The notes beneath the pieces were generated by a model that was not told the origin of the DNA, made no database searches, and saw only the letters and a list, made by a program, of their open reading frames with translations. A DNA stretch of 64,000 nt from Octopus sinensis. Taxonomy: Eukaryota. How positions within the stretch are numbered: position 1 is the first letter of the stretch; each line of letters opens with the position of its first letter. The stretch is from NCBI RefSeq assembly GCF_006345805.1, contig NW_021824851.1:1-64000 (forward strand), in the 5' to 3' direction. A program made the translations under genes and the position numbers. Positions 12,218 through 24,212 of the stretch are shown here, in pieces.

Positions 12218-13305
12218 TTAACATGCAAGTGGCTGAGCACTCCACAGACACTGGCGTACCCTTAACATAGTTCTCAGGGAGATTCAGCACGACACAGAAT
12301 GTGACAAGGCTGGTTCCTTTGAATTACAGATACGACTCATCTTTGCCAGTTGAGTGGACTAGATCAATCTCTCTATATGTAAAAGGCAAAATGTCTGTCT
12401 GTGTGTGTCCTTTATACAAATCCACAATTTTTCAGTTAGAGGGCTCGCACTTTCTATGGTCATTCAAAACCATCCAAGGGTGGTCGTGCACATCTTTACA
12501 TTTCCCCAGTCACCCCACAAATCTCTATATATATAAATGGCAAAATGTCTGTGTGTGTGTCCTTTATACAAATCCACAATTTTTCAGTTAGAGGGCTCGC
12601 ACTTTCTATGGTCATTCAAAACCGTCCAAGGGTAGTCGTGCACATCTTTACATTTCCCCAGTCACCACGCAAATCTCTCTATATATAAACAGCAAAATGT
12701 CTGTGTGTGTGTCCTTTATACAAATCCACAATTTTTTTAATTAGAGGGCTCGCACTTTCTATGGTCATGCAAAACCATCCAAGGGTGGTCGTGCACATCT
12801 TTACATTTCCCCAGTCACCCCACAAATCTCTACATATAAACGGTAAAATGTCTGTCTATCTGTGTGTGTGTCCTTTATACAAATCCACAATTTTTCAGTT
12901 AGAGGGCTCGCACTTTCTATGGTCATTCAAAACCGTCCAAGGTAGTCGTGCACATCTTTACATTTCCCTAGTCACCCTGCAAAGCCATTATAAAATCAAT
13001 AGAAGTGACTTTTAAAAAAAATTTTCTATCCAAAACCCAATCAAAATGCCTGAAACTTGATGCGCCAATTGAATGCCAGCTAGCTGTATGTGATTGGTCG
13101 GAGATTTGGACAGTACTCGCGTGTATGTGCGCACGCACGCAGCCGTTTATGCATGCACTAGCACTATGACCTGGCAACGCCGGGTCATAGTGCTAGTGTG
13201 AAATAAAGTTTCTTGCTCAAGGACACGGTGCACCTTCCAGGATTGAACTCACGACCTTACGATCATGAGCTGAATACCAACCATTAAGTCACATGTCTTC
13301 ACATG
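12218..13305 (-). mobile_element. SINE with D head and C tail, split by a Helitron insertion
   Basis: GAGTGGACTAGATCAA|...|TGTGAAATAAAG rejoins across the Helitron to restore the CORE-like sequence. Confidence 0.7.
12368..13196 (+). mobile_element. Non-autonomous Helitron H2 with three extra tandem copies of its 5' ~153 bp
   Basis: A|TC start and CTAG|T end with no TSD. Terminal hairpin CTAGCACTATGACC...GGTCATAGTGCTAG. 5' starts at 12368, 12522, 12674 and 12827. Confidence 0.9.
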
Positions 13306-13490
13306 CTACTCTTACAATAAAATAACAAGAACAATAGACAATATAAATGAACCATTGTCAGGAAAAGGTTGATTATAGAAAAAGTCTGGATCCATGAAAG
13401 CATGTGAAAAGCATTTGAAATGGAAATAATACTTTGTATTGTATGAGAACAGTTTGTAATTTGTCAAAAAGATGGGCTTTAAATAAATTT

Positions 13491-14155
13491 CATCATCATC
13501 ATCATCATCGTTTAATGTCCATTTTCCATGATGGCATGGGTTGGACGGTTCAACTGGGGTCTGGGAAGCCAGAAGGCTGCACCAGGCTCCAGTCTGATCT
13601 GGCAGTGTTTCTACAGCTGGATGCCCTTCCTAACGCCAACCACTCCGTGAGTGTAGTGGGTGCTTTTTACGTGCCACCTACACGGGGGCCAGATGAGGCT
13701 GGCAAATGGCGACGATCGGATTGTACTTTTTATGTGCTACCAGCACGGGGTCAGATGAGGCTGGCAAACGGCCACGATCGGATGGTGCTTTTTACCTGCC
13801 ACCGGCACAGGGGCCAGACGGGGCTGGCAAACGGCCACGATCGGATGGTGCTTTTTACCTGCCACCGGCACAGGGGCCAGACGGGGCTGGCAAACGGCCA
13901 CGATCGGATGGTGCTTTTTACCTGCCACCGGCACAGGGGCCAGACGGGGCTGGCAAACGGCCACAATCGGATGGTGCTTTTTACATGCCACCTGCACGGG
14001 GGCCAGATGAGGCTGGCAACGCCCACAATCGGATGGTGCTGTTTACATGCCACCGGCACGGATGCCAGTCGGGGCGGCTCTGGCAACAGCCACGTTCGGA
14101 TGGTTCTCTTACGTGCCACCGGCACTGGTATCACAGCTACAATTTCCATTGATCA
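13491..14155 (-). mobile_element. Family E copy with a 63-bp internal VNTR
   Basis: Units recur at 13761, 13824 and 13887. This explains the repetitive ORFs at 13434-14177. Confidence 0.85.
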
Positions 14156-14540
14156 GCAAAAACATATTCCAGTATAACGTTTCTCCTGAAACAGAGGTCC
14201 TTTAGAAAACTTGTTTCATTTCATTTTCTTGTTTGATGTCTTTCAAGGATTGAATCTATACTCGACCCTTTCGACAACCCCATGGTGTGCCTGTCTTTTT
14301 CAGATAATGCCTGTGTTGTACACATCCCCTTCAAAGACCCAATCTCTGCTTGAGTCTTTGAAGATGTGAGAATCACTCCATGAGTTTCCACCATACTCCG
14401 TTATATCGTTATATTACTCTCAAGATCCTGAGAGTATATTTGACATAAGAGTCTTTAATTAGTCAACTCTAATAAATTCATAAATTCATTTTTATTCGTT
14501 ATATCTAACTTTCATTTTTTTTTTCTCAATTTCTTTTCAG

Positions 14541-14603
14541 TCAATTTGTCTAACGAACAGAAGCTATGGTTTCATTCATCGTTTGATCAACTTTTAAAGG
14601 AAG
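14541..14603 (+). CDS. Candidate 63-nt internal coding exon (phase 1-1), unknown gene
   Basis: Long pyrimidine tract ending TTTTCAG|, and donor AAG|GTAAAT. Only one frame is open: NLSNEQKLWFHSSFDQLLKE. Confidence 0.45.
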
Positions 14604-14914
14604 GTAAATTAATTTTTCTGTTTAATTGCTTTACTTAATTATTATTGTTATTATTATTTTTTTTTGTCTTTTAAAAGTTTGGTCCATGAGGACTTAGCCT
14701 TTTGTTACCCCAGAGTTTTGGAATTGACTCAAATTGACATTCCTCACTAACTCCACCATCTCCAAAGACTTTCTAATGAAGAAATCAAAAGTAACTAATG
14801 GCAGAATTAGTGGAACATTGTCTTGTGGTACTCAACCGTGGATTTTTATGTTCCAAGTTCAGTTACTACTAAGGTCAAATTTGCCCAAATTATATGGTTT
14901 TGATTAATTATGAA

Positions 14915-15899
14915 GGCGGCAAGCTGGCAGAAACGTTAGCACGCCGGGCAAGATGCTTAGCGGTATTTCTTCCGTCTTAGCATTCTGAGTTCAAATTCCA
15001 CCGAGGTCGACTTTGCCTTTCATCCTTTCGGACTCGATAAATTAAGTACCAGTTTCACACTGGGGTTGATACAATCGACTTAATCCGTTTGTCTGTCCTT
15101 GTCCGTTTGTCTGTCCTTGTTTGTCCCCTCTGTGTTTAGCCCCTTGTGGGTAGTAAAGAAATAGGTATTTCGTCTGCCATTACGTTCTGAGTTCAAAATC
15201 CGCCGAGGTCGACTTTGCCTTTCATCCTTTCAGGGTTCATAAATAAAGTACCAGTTTCGCACTGGGGTCGATGTAATCAACTTAATCCGTTTGTCTGTCC
15301 TTGTTTGTCCCCTCTATGTTTAGCCCCTTGTGGGTAGTAAAGAAATAGGTATTTCGTCTGCCATTACGTTCTGAGTTCAAATTCCGCCGAGGTCGACTTT
15401 GCCTTTCATCCTTTCGGGGTCGATAAATAAGTACCAGTTTCGCACTGGGGTCGATGTAATCGACTTAATCCGTTTGTCTGTCCTTGTTTGTCCCCTCTAT
15501 GTTTAGCCCCTTGTGGGTAGTAAAGAAATAGGTATTTCGTCTGCCATTACGTTCTGAGTTCAAATTCCGCCGAGGTCGACTTTGCCTTTCATCCTTTCGG
15601 GGTCGATTAAATAAGTACCAGTTTCGCACTGGGGTCGATGTAATCGACTTAATCCGTTTGTCTATCCTTGTTTGTCCTCTCTGTGTTTAGCCCCTTGTGG
15701 GTAGTAAAGAAATAGGTATTTCGTCTGCCATTACGTTCTGAGTTCAAATTCCGCCGAGGTCGACTTTGCCTTTCATCCTTTCGGGGTCGATTAAATAAAG
15801 TACCAGTTTCGCACTGGGGTCGATGTAATCAACTTAATCCGTTTGTCTGTCCTTGTTTGTCCCCTCTGTGTTTAGCCCCTTGTGGGCAGTAAAGAAATA
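14915..15899 (+). mobile_element. Family B SINE pentamer (184-bp module) with 18-bp TSD
   Basis: Module starts at 15164, 15348, 15531 and 15715. TATATGGTTTTGATTAAT occurs at 14891-14908 and 15904-15921. Confidence 0.9.
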
Positions 15900-16757
15900 T
15901 ATATATATGGTTTTGATTAATCATCATCATCAATTAATGTCGATAGGTAAGATGGAACTCATTAAGGTAAATTTTCTGCGGCTTGATAGCCTTCCTATTT
16001 TCAGGCAAAGTAAGATTTTCTCATGGCCCGATATACTTTTCATGAAAGACTAGAAACAAACAACACTGCTTGTATAACAGTGACACTCATTTACAACCAT
16101 TACACTATGTCTAGATGAGGATGCACACACACACACATGTGCATGCAGTGATTTTTATCTAAATGGCAGTAGAAATTATAATTATATTCGTACTTTCCTA
16201 ATATCGACAGTCAATTTGTTTAATTTACTAAAGAATCAATTAATAAACTATTCGTCTTTGATTCAGTTCCTTGTCCCTTTCGTTCTCCATGGGGCACTCA
16301 TAATCCACTAATCAATACTACACCTCTCTCGTGAATGTAAAAGTGGTTTTCCTAATCCTTTCGCGATATAGGTTGACTGTTGATAATAAGAAAGTAACTT
16401 AAGTTTTGAGATGTTTGGCCTGTACACTTCCTTAACATTAAAAATAGACCAGAGGAAAGTGCTACAAGGAAACTTTAGATTGGAAATTGGAGAGGAAAAT
16501 GAAGAGCACTTGAGAATCACCTGGCAGAGATTACCAGAAGAGGAACGGAAGGTGGGAGAGATGAAATAGAAAAGTACAGGAAATAAGGTATTGCAAATGT
16601 TATGCAGAGTGTATGTCTAACCAGGTGGTGGTGATGCTAGTGGTGAATTTCAGACAGAAAAAACAAGGGGTGTGTTTTGTTAATCGGTCTGTATTTGTCC
16701 CTTTCTGTTTGAATTTGGTGCTTGTATTGTTGAAATATTCATTATATATGATCGTTG

Positions 16758-17097
16758 CCAGAGCAGCCAACTGGCTTCCGTGCCAGTGGCATGCAAGAGG
16801 GCATAATTCGAGCATGATCGTTACCAACATCGCCTTACTGGCACCTGTGCTGGTGGCATGTGTAAAAGGATTCGAGTGAGGACGTTGCCAGTACCGCCTG
16901 ACTGGCCCCCGTGCCAGTGGCATGTAAAAAGCACCCACTACACTCTAGGAGTGGTTGGCGTTAGGAAGGGCATCCAGCTGTAGAAACTGCCAAATCAAGA
17001 TTGGAGCCTGGTGTAGCCAACTTGTTCGCCAGCCCTCAGTCAAAATCGTCCAACCCATGCTAGCATGGAAAGCGGACGTTAAAGGATGATGATGATT
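16758..17097 (+). mobile_element. Family E copy
   Basis: Diagnostic motifs and a (GAT)n tail. Confidence 0.78.
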
Positions 17098-17511
17098 GAT
17101 GATGAACTAGCAGCTAAGCCTGGTTTCACCCGGTCTGTTTGGATGATGTGGCTGTGATCGTTTTTGGTTAGGTATAATCTATAACAGCGCTTCTCAACCT
17201 TATCATTTCGGGTCCCCTGTTTCAATTGGATCCTCCAGCTGTACAGAAATTTCCTGGCCCCACCCCATCAGAAAACAGCTTCTAAGCAACTGGTTGTTTT
17301 AATGGCGGAAGAAAGAGGGGAATTCCATTAGAAAAAGTTTTTATCGATTTTCATGGTAAGTATGGGGTCTAGGAAAGAATGCAAACTGCATTCCAATTTA
17401 TGCACCCATCTCCACATGTGTGCCATTTTTCATGCGAATCCACCCAGCTGTTTGGCTATGAACCTCAAGACAAGAAAGAATACAACGATTGCCCATGTCC
17501 AATTTATATTA

Positions 17512-17874
17512 TCTCTCTATATATATATAAACAGCAAAATGTCTGTGTGTGTGTCCTTTATACAAATCCACAATTTTTCAGTTTGAGGGCTCGCACTTTC
17601 TATGGTCATTCAAAACCATCCAAGGGTGGTTGTGCACATCTTTACATTTCCCCAGTCACCCCGCAAAGCAATTAAAAAAACTCATTAGAAGTGACTTTTT
17701 TGTGAATTTTCTATCCAAAACCCAATCAAAATGTCTGAAACTTGATACGCCAATTGAATGCTAGCTAGCTGTATGTGATTGGTCAGAGATTTGAACAGTA
17801 CTCGCATGCATGTGCGCACGCACGCAGCTGTATATGCATGCACTAGCACTAGCATTTTCGGGTCATAGTGCTAG
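17512..17874 (+). mobile_element. Non-autonomous Helitron H2, monomer
   Basis: A|TC...CTAG|T, matching 12827-13196. Confidence 0.88.
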
Positions 17875-18162
17875 TAGATTATAAAATAACACATACCAAG
17901 TTCCTCAACGAAGATTTCTCAAACAACTAAAAGATAACTACATTAATAAAGATTTCTATCGTTTGTAATTTCTTCAAGATAAAGGTGAACCCAGTGATGG
18001 AAGAGTTTCCGAGGATGTGTTGATGACTTTTGAAGACTTGTCTAAAGACTTTTGAAGACGTGTGTGTGTGTGTGTGTCAGGGCTGTAGAAGACCTTCAGT
18101 CATTAATCTACTGAATAAAGCATGATCTGGAGATAAACAACAACAATTAGGGTACTACTTAA

Positions 18163-18392
18163 GAAGAGTGGTCCCGGTGCGCGCACTCGCATACTTGTGC
18201 ATCCACACTAGCTAGTCATGACTAGTCAATCCTACAACGACTACCTAGCAAAGTAAATAAAACAAAATAAATAATTTTTTTACACAAAATAAATAATTTT
18301 TTAAAACAAAGTAAATAACACACAAAAACACAAAGTAAGGATTGACTTGTCACAACTAGCTTCCGTGAGTGCGCGTACCGGGACCATTCTTC
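18163..18392. mobile_element. 230-bp MITE flanked by TTAA (Kolobok-like termini)
   Basis: TIRs GAAGAGTGGTCCCGGTGCGCGCACTC / GAGTGCGCGTACCGGGACCATTCTTC, with TTAA at 18159-18162 and 18393-18396. Confidence 0.75.
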
Positions 18393-18396
18393 TTAA

Positions 18397-18720
18397 CTCC
18401 ACCTGTCTAACACCCATGGACATGTTTACAAAGTCAGAAAACAGCACAGCTCCCATGACTTTCGGAAACATTTTTTCACACTAAGAGTTGCTGAAGCATG
18501 GAACAAACTGCCGGCATCGGTTGTTAGTTGTCGGAGCACTGCATCGTTCAAAACTTCCATGCTTCCTGACATTCGCCAACACTACACCTGATTTTCTCCC
18601 CTCCATACACACACAAGCATGTATCTGACTCATACACATTTGTACATTACTGCATATGCTTTATATGCACTTTTGACAAGTTGTTGTGCACCTGAGCACT
18701 GTATACAATAATTTCATTAT
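18397..18720 (+). mobile_element. CR1-clade LINE 3' end
   Basis: Translates to HGHVYKVRKQHSSHDFRKHFFTLRVAEAWNKLPASVVSCRSTASFK, a typical CR1 ORF2 C-terminus. Confidence 0.8.
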
Positions 18721-19056
18721 TTTAAGTAGCACCAACAATTAGTTCTTGTTTTAGTGATCAGAAGCAGATGAAAAGACAAATTCAGTTATGGAAGCGATGG
18801 GTGTAGTAACTACCGCAAGATACCCCTTTTACCACATAATGTTGCAGAAACAATAGAACCTTTCAAGAATTTAACTCCCTAAGTTTTGGGTTCAAATTTA
18901 ATTTGGTGCTATCTCCAAAACGGCCTCGTGCATTTAAATGCCAAGGGAGGTAATTCCCATTAATCGAAAATTATCTCCCTTGTAACTCTTTTGAAAATGA
19001 CCTTTTTCAATTTGTTCTTTTCCCGTCGATTTTACATTGTTTTATCAACCATATAT

Positions 19057-19115
<59 letters not shown>

Positions 19116-19270
19116 ATATATATATACATACATATATATATATATATGTATATATATATGTGTGTGTGTGTCTAGAGAGAGAGAGAGAGAGATTTGTCAT
19201 CGCTTCTTGTAGCCTGACATAAATCTAAGACAGCATTTTTCACTTGATTAATCTCGTTAATACTCTTCAG

Positions 19271-19345
19271 TAATTTACAAACTTGTGTTCAACGAAGTAG
19301 CTAAGCCTCAGGACTTCAAGTTTCTCGACATCTACGTAATTAGAG
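19271..19345 (+). CDS. Candidate 75-nt internal coding exon (phase 1-1), unknown gene
   Basis: Acceptor TACTCTTCAG| and donor GAG|GTGAAT. Open frame IYKLVFNEVAKPQDFKFLDIYVIR splices in frame to 14541-14603. Confidence 0.4.
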
Positions 19346-19539
19346 GTGAATAACCGATGACATTCAACATCCAAATATATTCCACAAAGAAAGACGTTGT
19401 TTGGTCAGAGGTGTGTCTTTGGCTTGTCCTGGTGAAAGCCATTTGAGGTTAAATTAACAATCTTTATTGACAGCACGTTCGAAGAATCTTCCATATGGTC
19501 TCTGCATGAAATAACAGTCAAATATCTCTCTTTTATATA

Positions 19540-19881
19540 GGCGCAGGAGTGGCTGTGTGGTAAGTAGCTTGTTTACCAACCACAAGGTTCTGGGTTCAGT
19601 CCCACTGCGTGACACCTTGGGCAAGTGTCTTCTACTATAGCCTCGGCCCGACCAAAGCCTTGTGAGTGGATTTGGTAGAAGGAAACTGAAAGAAGCCCAG
19701 CGTATATATATATATAGGCGCAGAAGTGGCTGTGTGGTTAGTAGCTTGCTTACCAACCACATGGTTCCGGGTTCAGTCCCACTGCGTGGCACCTTGGTCA
19801 AGTGTCTTCTACTATAGCCTCGGGCTGACCAAAGCCTTGTGAGTGGATTTGGTAGACGGAAACTGAAAGAAGCCCGTCGTA

Positions 19882-19921
<40 letters not shown>

Positions 19922-20128
19922 TGTTTGTGTGTCTGTGTTTGTCCTCCTAGCATTGCTTGACAACCGATGCTGGTGTGTTTATGTCCCCGTAACTTAGCGG
20001 TTCGGCAAAAGAGACCAATAGAATAAGTACTGGGCTTACAAAAAGAATAAGACCTGGGGTCGAGTTGCTCGATTAAAGGTGGTGCTCCAGCTCGGCCGCA
20101 GTCAAATGACTGAAACAAGTAAAAGAGT
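19540..20128 (+). mobile_element. Family A SINE with two heads
   Basis: Two GGCGCAG(G/A)AGTGGCTG starts and one tail. Confidence 0.85.
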
Positions 20129-20553
20129 ATTTTAAAGAAGAACAAAATACATTGTGTTTAGTAGTCCTAGATACACTATGCAGGTGAGAAATTGGCCGTT
20201 ATCAGAATATTGGGGTTAACTACATCTTTCAGTGTTTTGGGGGTTAATAAAATACCAGTCATATACTGGTGTCGATTTTGCTCTTTCCTGTATTCTGCTT
20301 GTATAAGTTACGTTGCAATAGGAAGTTCTTAGTGAGAGTGTGTGCATGTGGCAGGGGTACTCAGAGCAAACCCCTTTTTTCTAGAAATGGAGATGGGTTG
20401 AACAAGGGGCTAGCAAATGCCTTTTCTCATAGAAATTTGATATTTTACAGGAACAATACAAGGACAGCTGAAGGTGTATTATATTCCAGAGTAAAAGGAG
20501 GAGATGCATGATAGCCAGAAAAGACTGGAAGGTCATAACTAGGTTGTCTTAGT

Positions 20554-20903
20554 AAGGTGGCGAGCTGGCAGAAATGTTAGCACGGCGGGCAAAATGCTTA
20601 GCGGTATTCCATCTGCTGTTATGTTCTGGGTTCAAATTCCGCCGAGGTCGACTTCGCCTTTCATCCTTTCGGGGTCAATAAATTAAGTACCAGTTACGCA
20701 CTGGGGTCGATATAATCAACTTAATCCATTTCTCTGTCCTTGTTTGTCCCCTCTGTTTCTGTCTACCAAATCCACTCACAAGGCTTTGGTCGGCCCGAGG
20801 CTATAGTAGAAGACACTTGCCGAAGGTGCCACACAGCGGGACTGAACCCAGAACCATGTGGTTGGTAAGCAAGCTACTTAGCACACAACCACTCCTGCAC
20901 CTA
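20554..20903. mobile_element. Family B (+) abutting a family A head (-)
   Basis: B sequence runs to about 20755, followed by a reverse-complement A head. Confidence 0.75.
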
Positions 20904-20991
20904 TAGTCAATGTATTTGCTCCCTAAATCACCTGCTTTTACAATTCATAACCTTCCAAATTTTCATTCTGGACTTTGACTTAGTGTAATCA

Positions 20992-21552
20992 TCTTCATCA
21001 TCATCTTCGTTTAGCGTCTGCTTTCCATGCTAGCATGGGTTGGACAGTTCAACTGGGGTCTGGGAAGCCAGAAGGCTGCACCAGGCTCCAGTCTGATCTG
21101 TTTCGACGGCTGGATGCCCTTCTAACAGCATCCACTCCATGAGTGAAATGGGTGCTTTTTACGTGCCACCAGCACGGGTGCCAGGCGAGGCTGGCAAACG
21201 GCCACGATCAGACGGTGCTTTTTACGTGCCACCGGCACGGGGGCTAGGCGAGGTTGGCGAACGGCCACAATCAGACGGTGCTTTTTACGTGCCACTGGCA
21301 CGGGGGCCAGGCGAGGCTGGCAAACGGCCACGATCAGATGGTGCTTTTTACGTGCCACCGGCACGGGGGCTAGGCGAGGCTGGCAAACGGCCACAATCGG
21401 ATGTTGCTTTTTACGTGCCACCAGCACGAGGCCAGTCGGGGCGGCGCTGGCAACGGCTACGTTCGGGTGGTTCTCTTACGTACCGCCGGCACTGGTATCA
21501 CAGCTGCAATTTCCATTGATGTTGATCGATTTCGATTTTCACTTGCCTCAAG
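20992..21552 (-). mobile_element. Family E copy with a 63-bp VNTR
   Basis: 21-codon periodicity in ORF 21139-21519. Confidence 0.82.
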
Positions 21553-22082
21553 CCAGCAGCCTCCAGTTCTGTAGTTCTAAACTCCATAGATTACAGAATT
21601 ACAGACTAAACTTTTCTTCATCTCATCTTAATATTAACTTCATCAAAGCAATCAATTCTTCTCATCTTCAATCCTCGTTAATTTTTATCATTCATCTTTG
21701 TTATTGTCAATATTGTCATTATTGTGATAACGAAATATTTAATTAGAAGCATTGTTTGCATGGAGTGTCAATTTACAGTGATAAACGAGCCTTAATGCTC
21801 CGACTTCATTAATTATTTGATTAACCTCCTGTCCTTAATTATCTTACAATTCCATATTAAGGCGGGAGGGGGTGAAAGCTTTTGGTGTAAACATCAAATA
21901 GATATGTAACAATGAAGAAATGCATAATAAGAATGACATGTGACACAGAGGGCAGGGGAGATGTGCCACATTGGCATGTCACAGCAATGTGTCACAGCAA
22001 TGTGCCACAACAGTGTGTCACTGTGAACGGAGGTTTCAAATTGATGAGATATATCAGAGTAGACTCTGCTAAAGGCCCAAGT

Positions 22083-22885
22083 GGTTAAGTTAAGTTAATT
22101 TTTTGGCTCAAAAAGCAAAAAGCAAGGCCATGTAGGGGGACATGGAGTTGTGTACAGGGTGGTGTTCATGCAAAGAGTTCAGGCCATTTCTGGTCAAGAG
22201 ACACTTTGAACCGAGTAGTCGTCGGCATCTTCACTATCTCGTCCGGCAGCTTATTCCACGGATCCGCAACCCGGATAGAGAAAGCCCCTCTCCTTCGATT
22301 GAGATGAAATTGTTGCAGATAGAGCTTTTCGGAGTGACCCTGCAGCCAACGCACTGGAGCAGGAGTGAAGAACAGCTCTTTCGAGAGGTTACACTTTCTA
22401 CTTATGATGTTGTGAGGCCATGTAGGGGAATAGGGAGTTATGTATGGGGAAGGTGGTCATACAAAGAGTTCAGGCCATTTCTGGTCAAGAGAGACTTTGA
22501 ACTGAGCAGTCGTCAGCATCTTCACTATCTCGTCCGGCAGCTTATTCCACGGATCCGCAACCCGGACGGAGAAAGTTCCTCTCCTTCGATTGAGATGAAA
22601 TCGTCGCAGATAGAGCTTTTCGGAGTGACCCCGCAGCCGACGCACTGGAGCAGGAGTGAAGAACAGCTCTTTCGAGAGGTTACACTTTCCGCTTATCATG
22701 TTGTGAGCAAGAATGAGATCACCACGGCATTGTCGTTTTTCTAGAGAATAAAGGTCGAGCGTCTTCAGCCTTTCTTCATAAGACAAATGCTTGAGACCAA
22801 GAACCATGCGGGTAACCAGCTTCTGAACTCTTTCGAGATGATGTATGTCTTTGAGGAGAAACCAGGATATGGATGAAGTCTATGC
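22083..22885 (-). mobile_element. CR1-clade LINE 3' end with a duplicated terminal 291 bp
   Basis: Translates to LSYEERLKTLDLYSLEKR..RGDLI...RGHSEKL...FSVRVADPWNKLP. The 3' segment is present twice, and the tail is (TTAAC)n. Confidence 0.88.
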
Positions 22886-23100
22886 TCGATCAGGGTTGAC
22901 CTGGGGTTAAATAGCCATAAGGCTTGTCTTTGAGACACAACAAGAACAACAGATAAAGGTTGAAAGGGGTGGGGAAGAACTCATTTTTTTCAGAATCCTT
23001 TTGAAAGAGATGACATTCCAGCTATTTGAAAGAGAAAATGAAAAATATTTTAAAACCAAAAACAGAAACGATATAGAGAAGAAAGAAAAGGGGAAACAAG

Positions 23101-23285
23101 GGATCTTTTCGGTTTGAACGGCAGTTAGTAACAAGACCCTTACCATATTTTTTTTGAGCGTCACCCTCTTTGATTTCAAAAAATTTTGAAAATAAAGGAT
23201 TTACTAAAACATCTCGGTCATTACTAAGCTGGTAACTGGGACGTAAATTAACATGGAATTTTAAAAGGAAATTTTTATTTAGATC
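23101..23285. mobile_element. Terminal fragment of a GGATC-terminus DNA element
   Basis: Starts with the same 25-bp TIR as 1860 and then diverges. Confidence 0.55.
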
Positions 23286-23400
23286 ATTTTATAAAGTTTG
23301 TATCATAGGTATGGGGGTGGCATTAGGTGGGTGGGTATCAAAAGGGTTCAAGAAGAAAATATTGTCTCCTTGTTTTAACATAAAAGTTGTTTTTCTTGGT

Positions 23401-23790
23401 AGGAGTGGCTGTGTGGTAAGTAGCTTGCTAACCAACCACATGGTTCCGGGTTCAGTCCCACTGCGTGGCATCTTGGGCAAGTGTCATCTACTATAGCCTC
23501 GGGCCGACCAATGCCTTGAGAGTGGATTTGGTAGACGGAAACTGAAAGAAGCCTGACGTATATATGTATATATATATATGTGTGTGTGTGTTTGTGTGTC
23601 TGTTTGTCCCCCTAGCATTGCTTGACAACCGATGCTGGTGTGTTTACGTCCCCGTCACTTAGCGGTTCGGCAAAAAGAGACCGATAGAATAAGTACTGGG
23701 CTTACAAAAGAATAAGTCCCAGGGTCGATTTGCTCGACTAAAGGCGGTGCTCCAGCATGGCCGCAGTCAAATGACTGAAACAAGTAAAAG
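23401..23790 (+). mobile_element. Family A SINE
   Basis: Head, body and tail as at 3142. Confidence 0.85.
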
Positions 23791-23890
23791 AGAGAGAGAG
23801 AGTAGATTCTAGTAATAGCCTAGTCTTCCATACACACAGACACACACACACATCCAACCATCCATCTGTCCTATTTTGGTTGAGTCAACC

Positions 23891-23999
23891 TCTTGTTCCT
23901 CTGAGTTTCATCTACAGATAACACAGGATCTTCAGTCAAGTTATGACTCAACGTGCCTGAAGATCCTGTACACCCACAGCTGAAACCCAGTGTTCCAAG
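23891..23999. ncRNA. Inverted pair of decayed hammerhead-like motifs
   Basis: Minus: CTTGA-CTGAAGA-...-GAAA-CTCAGAG-GA-ACAAG. Plus: CTGAAGA-TCCTGT..ACAGCT-GAAA-CCCAGTG-TT. Confidence 0.35.
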
Positions 24000-24212
24000 A
24001 GACTGACTCATCCGAAATAAAAACATTAATCATCTCTACTACTCTTTTTTAGTTTCCAACAGTTAACACTAAACGTGTGTGTGTGTGTAGAGAGAGAGAG
24101 AGGGGTGTTTCTAATTAAAGTTTAGATAGACTTTAAAATGTGTATATATATATATATATATATGAAAAAACAAGTCAAAATAGAAAATGCTAAAATAATT
24201 TTATAGTGAACA

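Noticed and set aside
13434-14177. 247-aa ORF, and similar ORFs at 21139 and 38926, as repeat proteins
   Set aside because: They arise from the GC-rich VNTR of family E, are open in several frames on both strands, and have no splice context.
14915-15899. Regular arrays (also 7.0-8.0, 27.5-28.3 and 61.5-63.0 kb) as CRISPR-like loci
   Set aside because: The units are 165-184-bp SINE modules with no unique spacers, in a eukaryotic context with no cas genes.
16390-16570. 59-codon open frame (KIDQRKVLQGNFRLEIGEENEEHLRITWQRLPEEERK)
   Set aside because: Poor acceptor, phase incompatible with the neighbouring candidate exons, and no recognisable homology.
19225-19275. CTGAAGA...GAAA on the minus strand as another hammerhead
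   Set aside because: No pairing for stems I, II or III. The same applies to the CTGATGA hits at 6445, 8650, 29272 and 39850.
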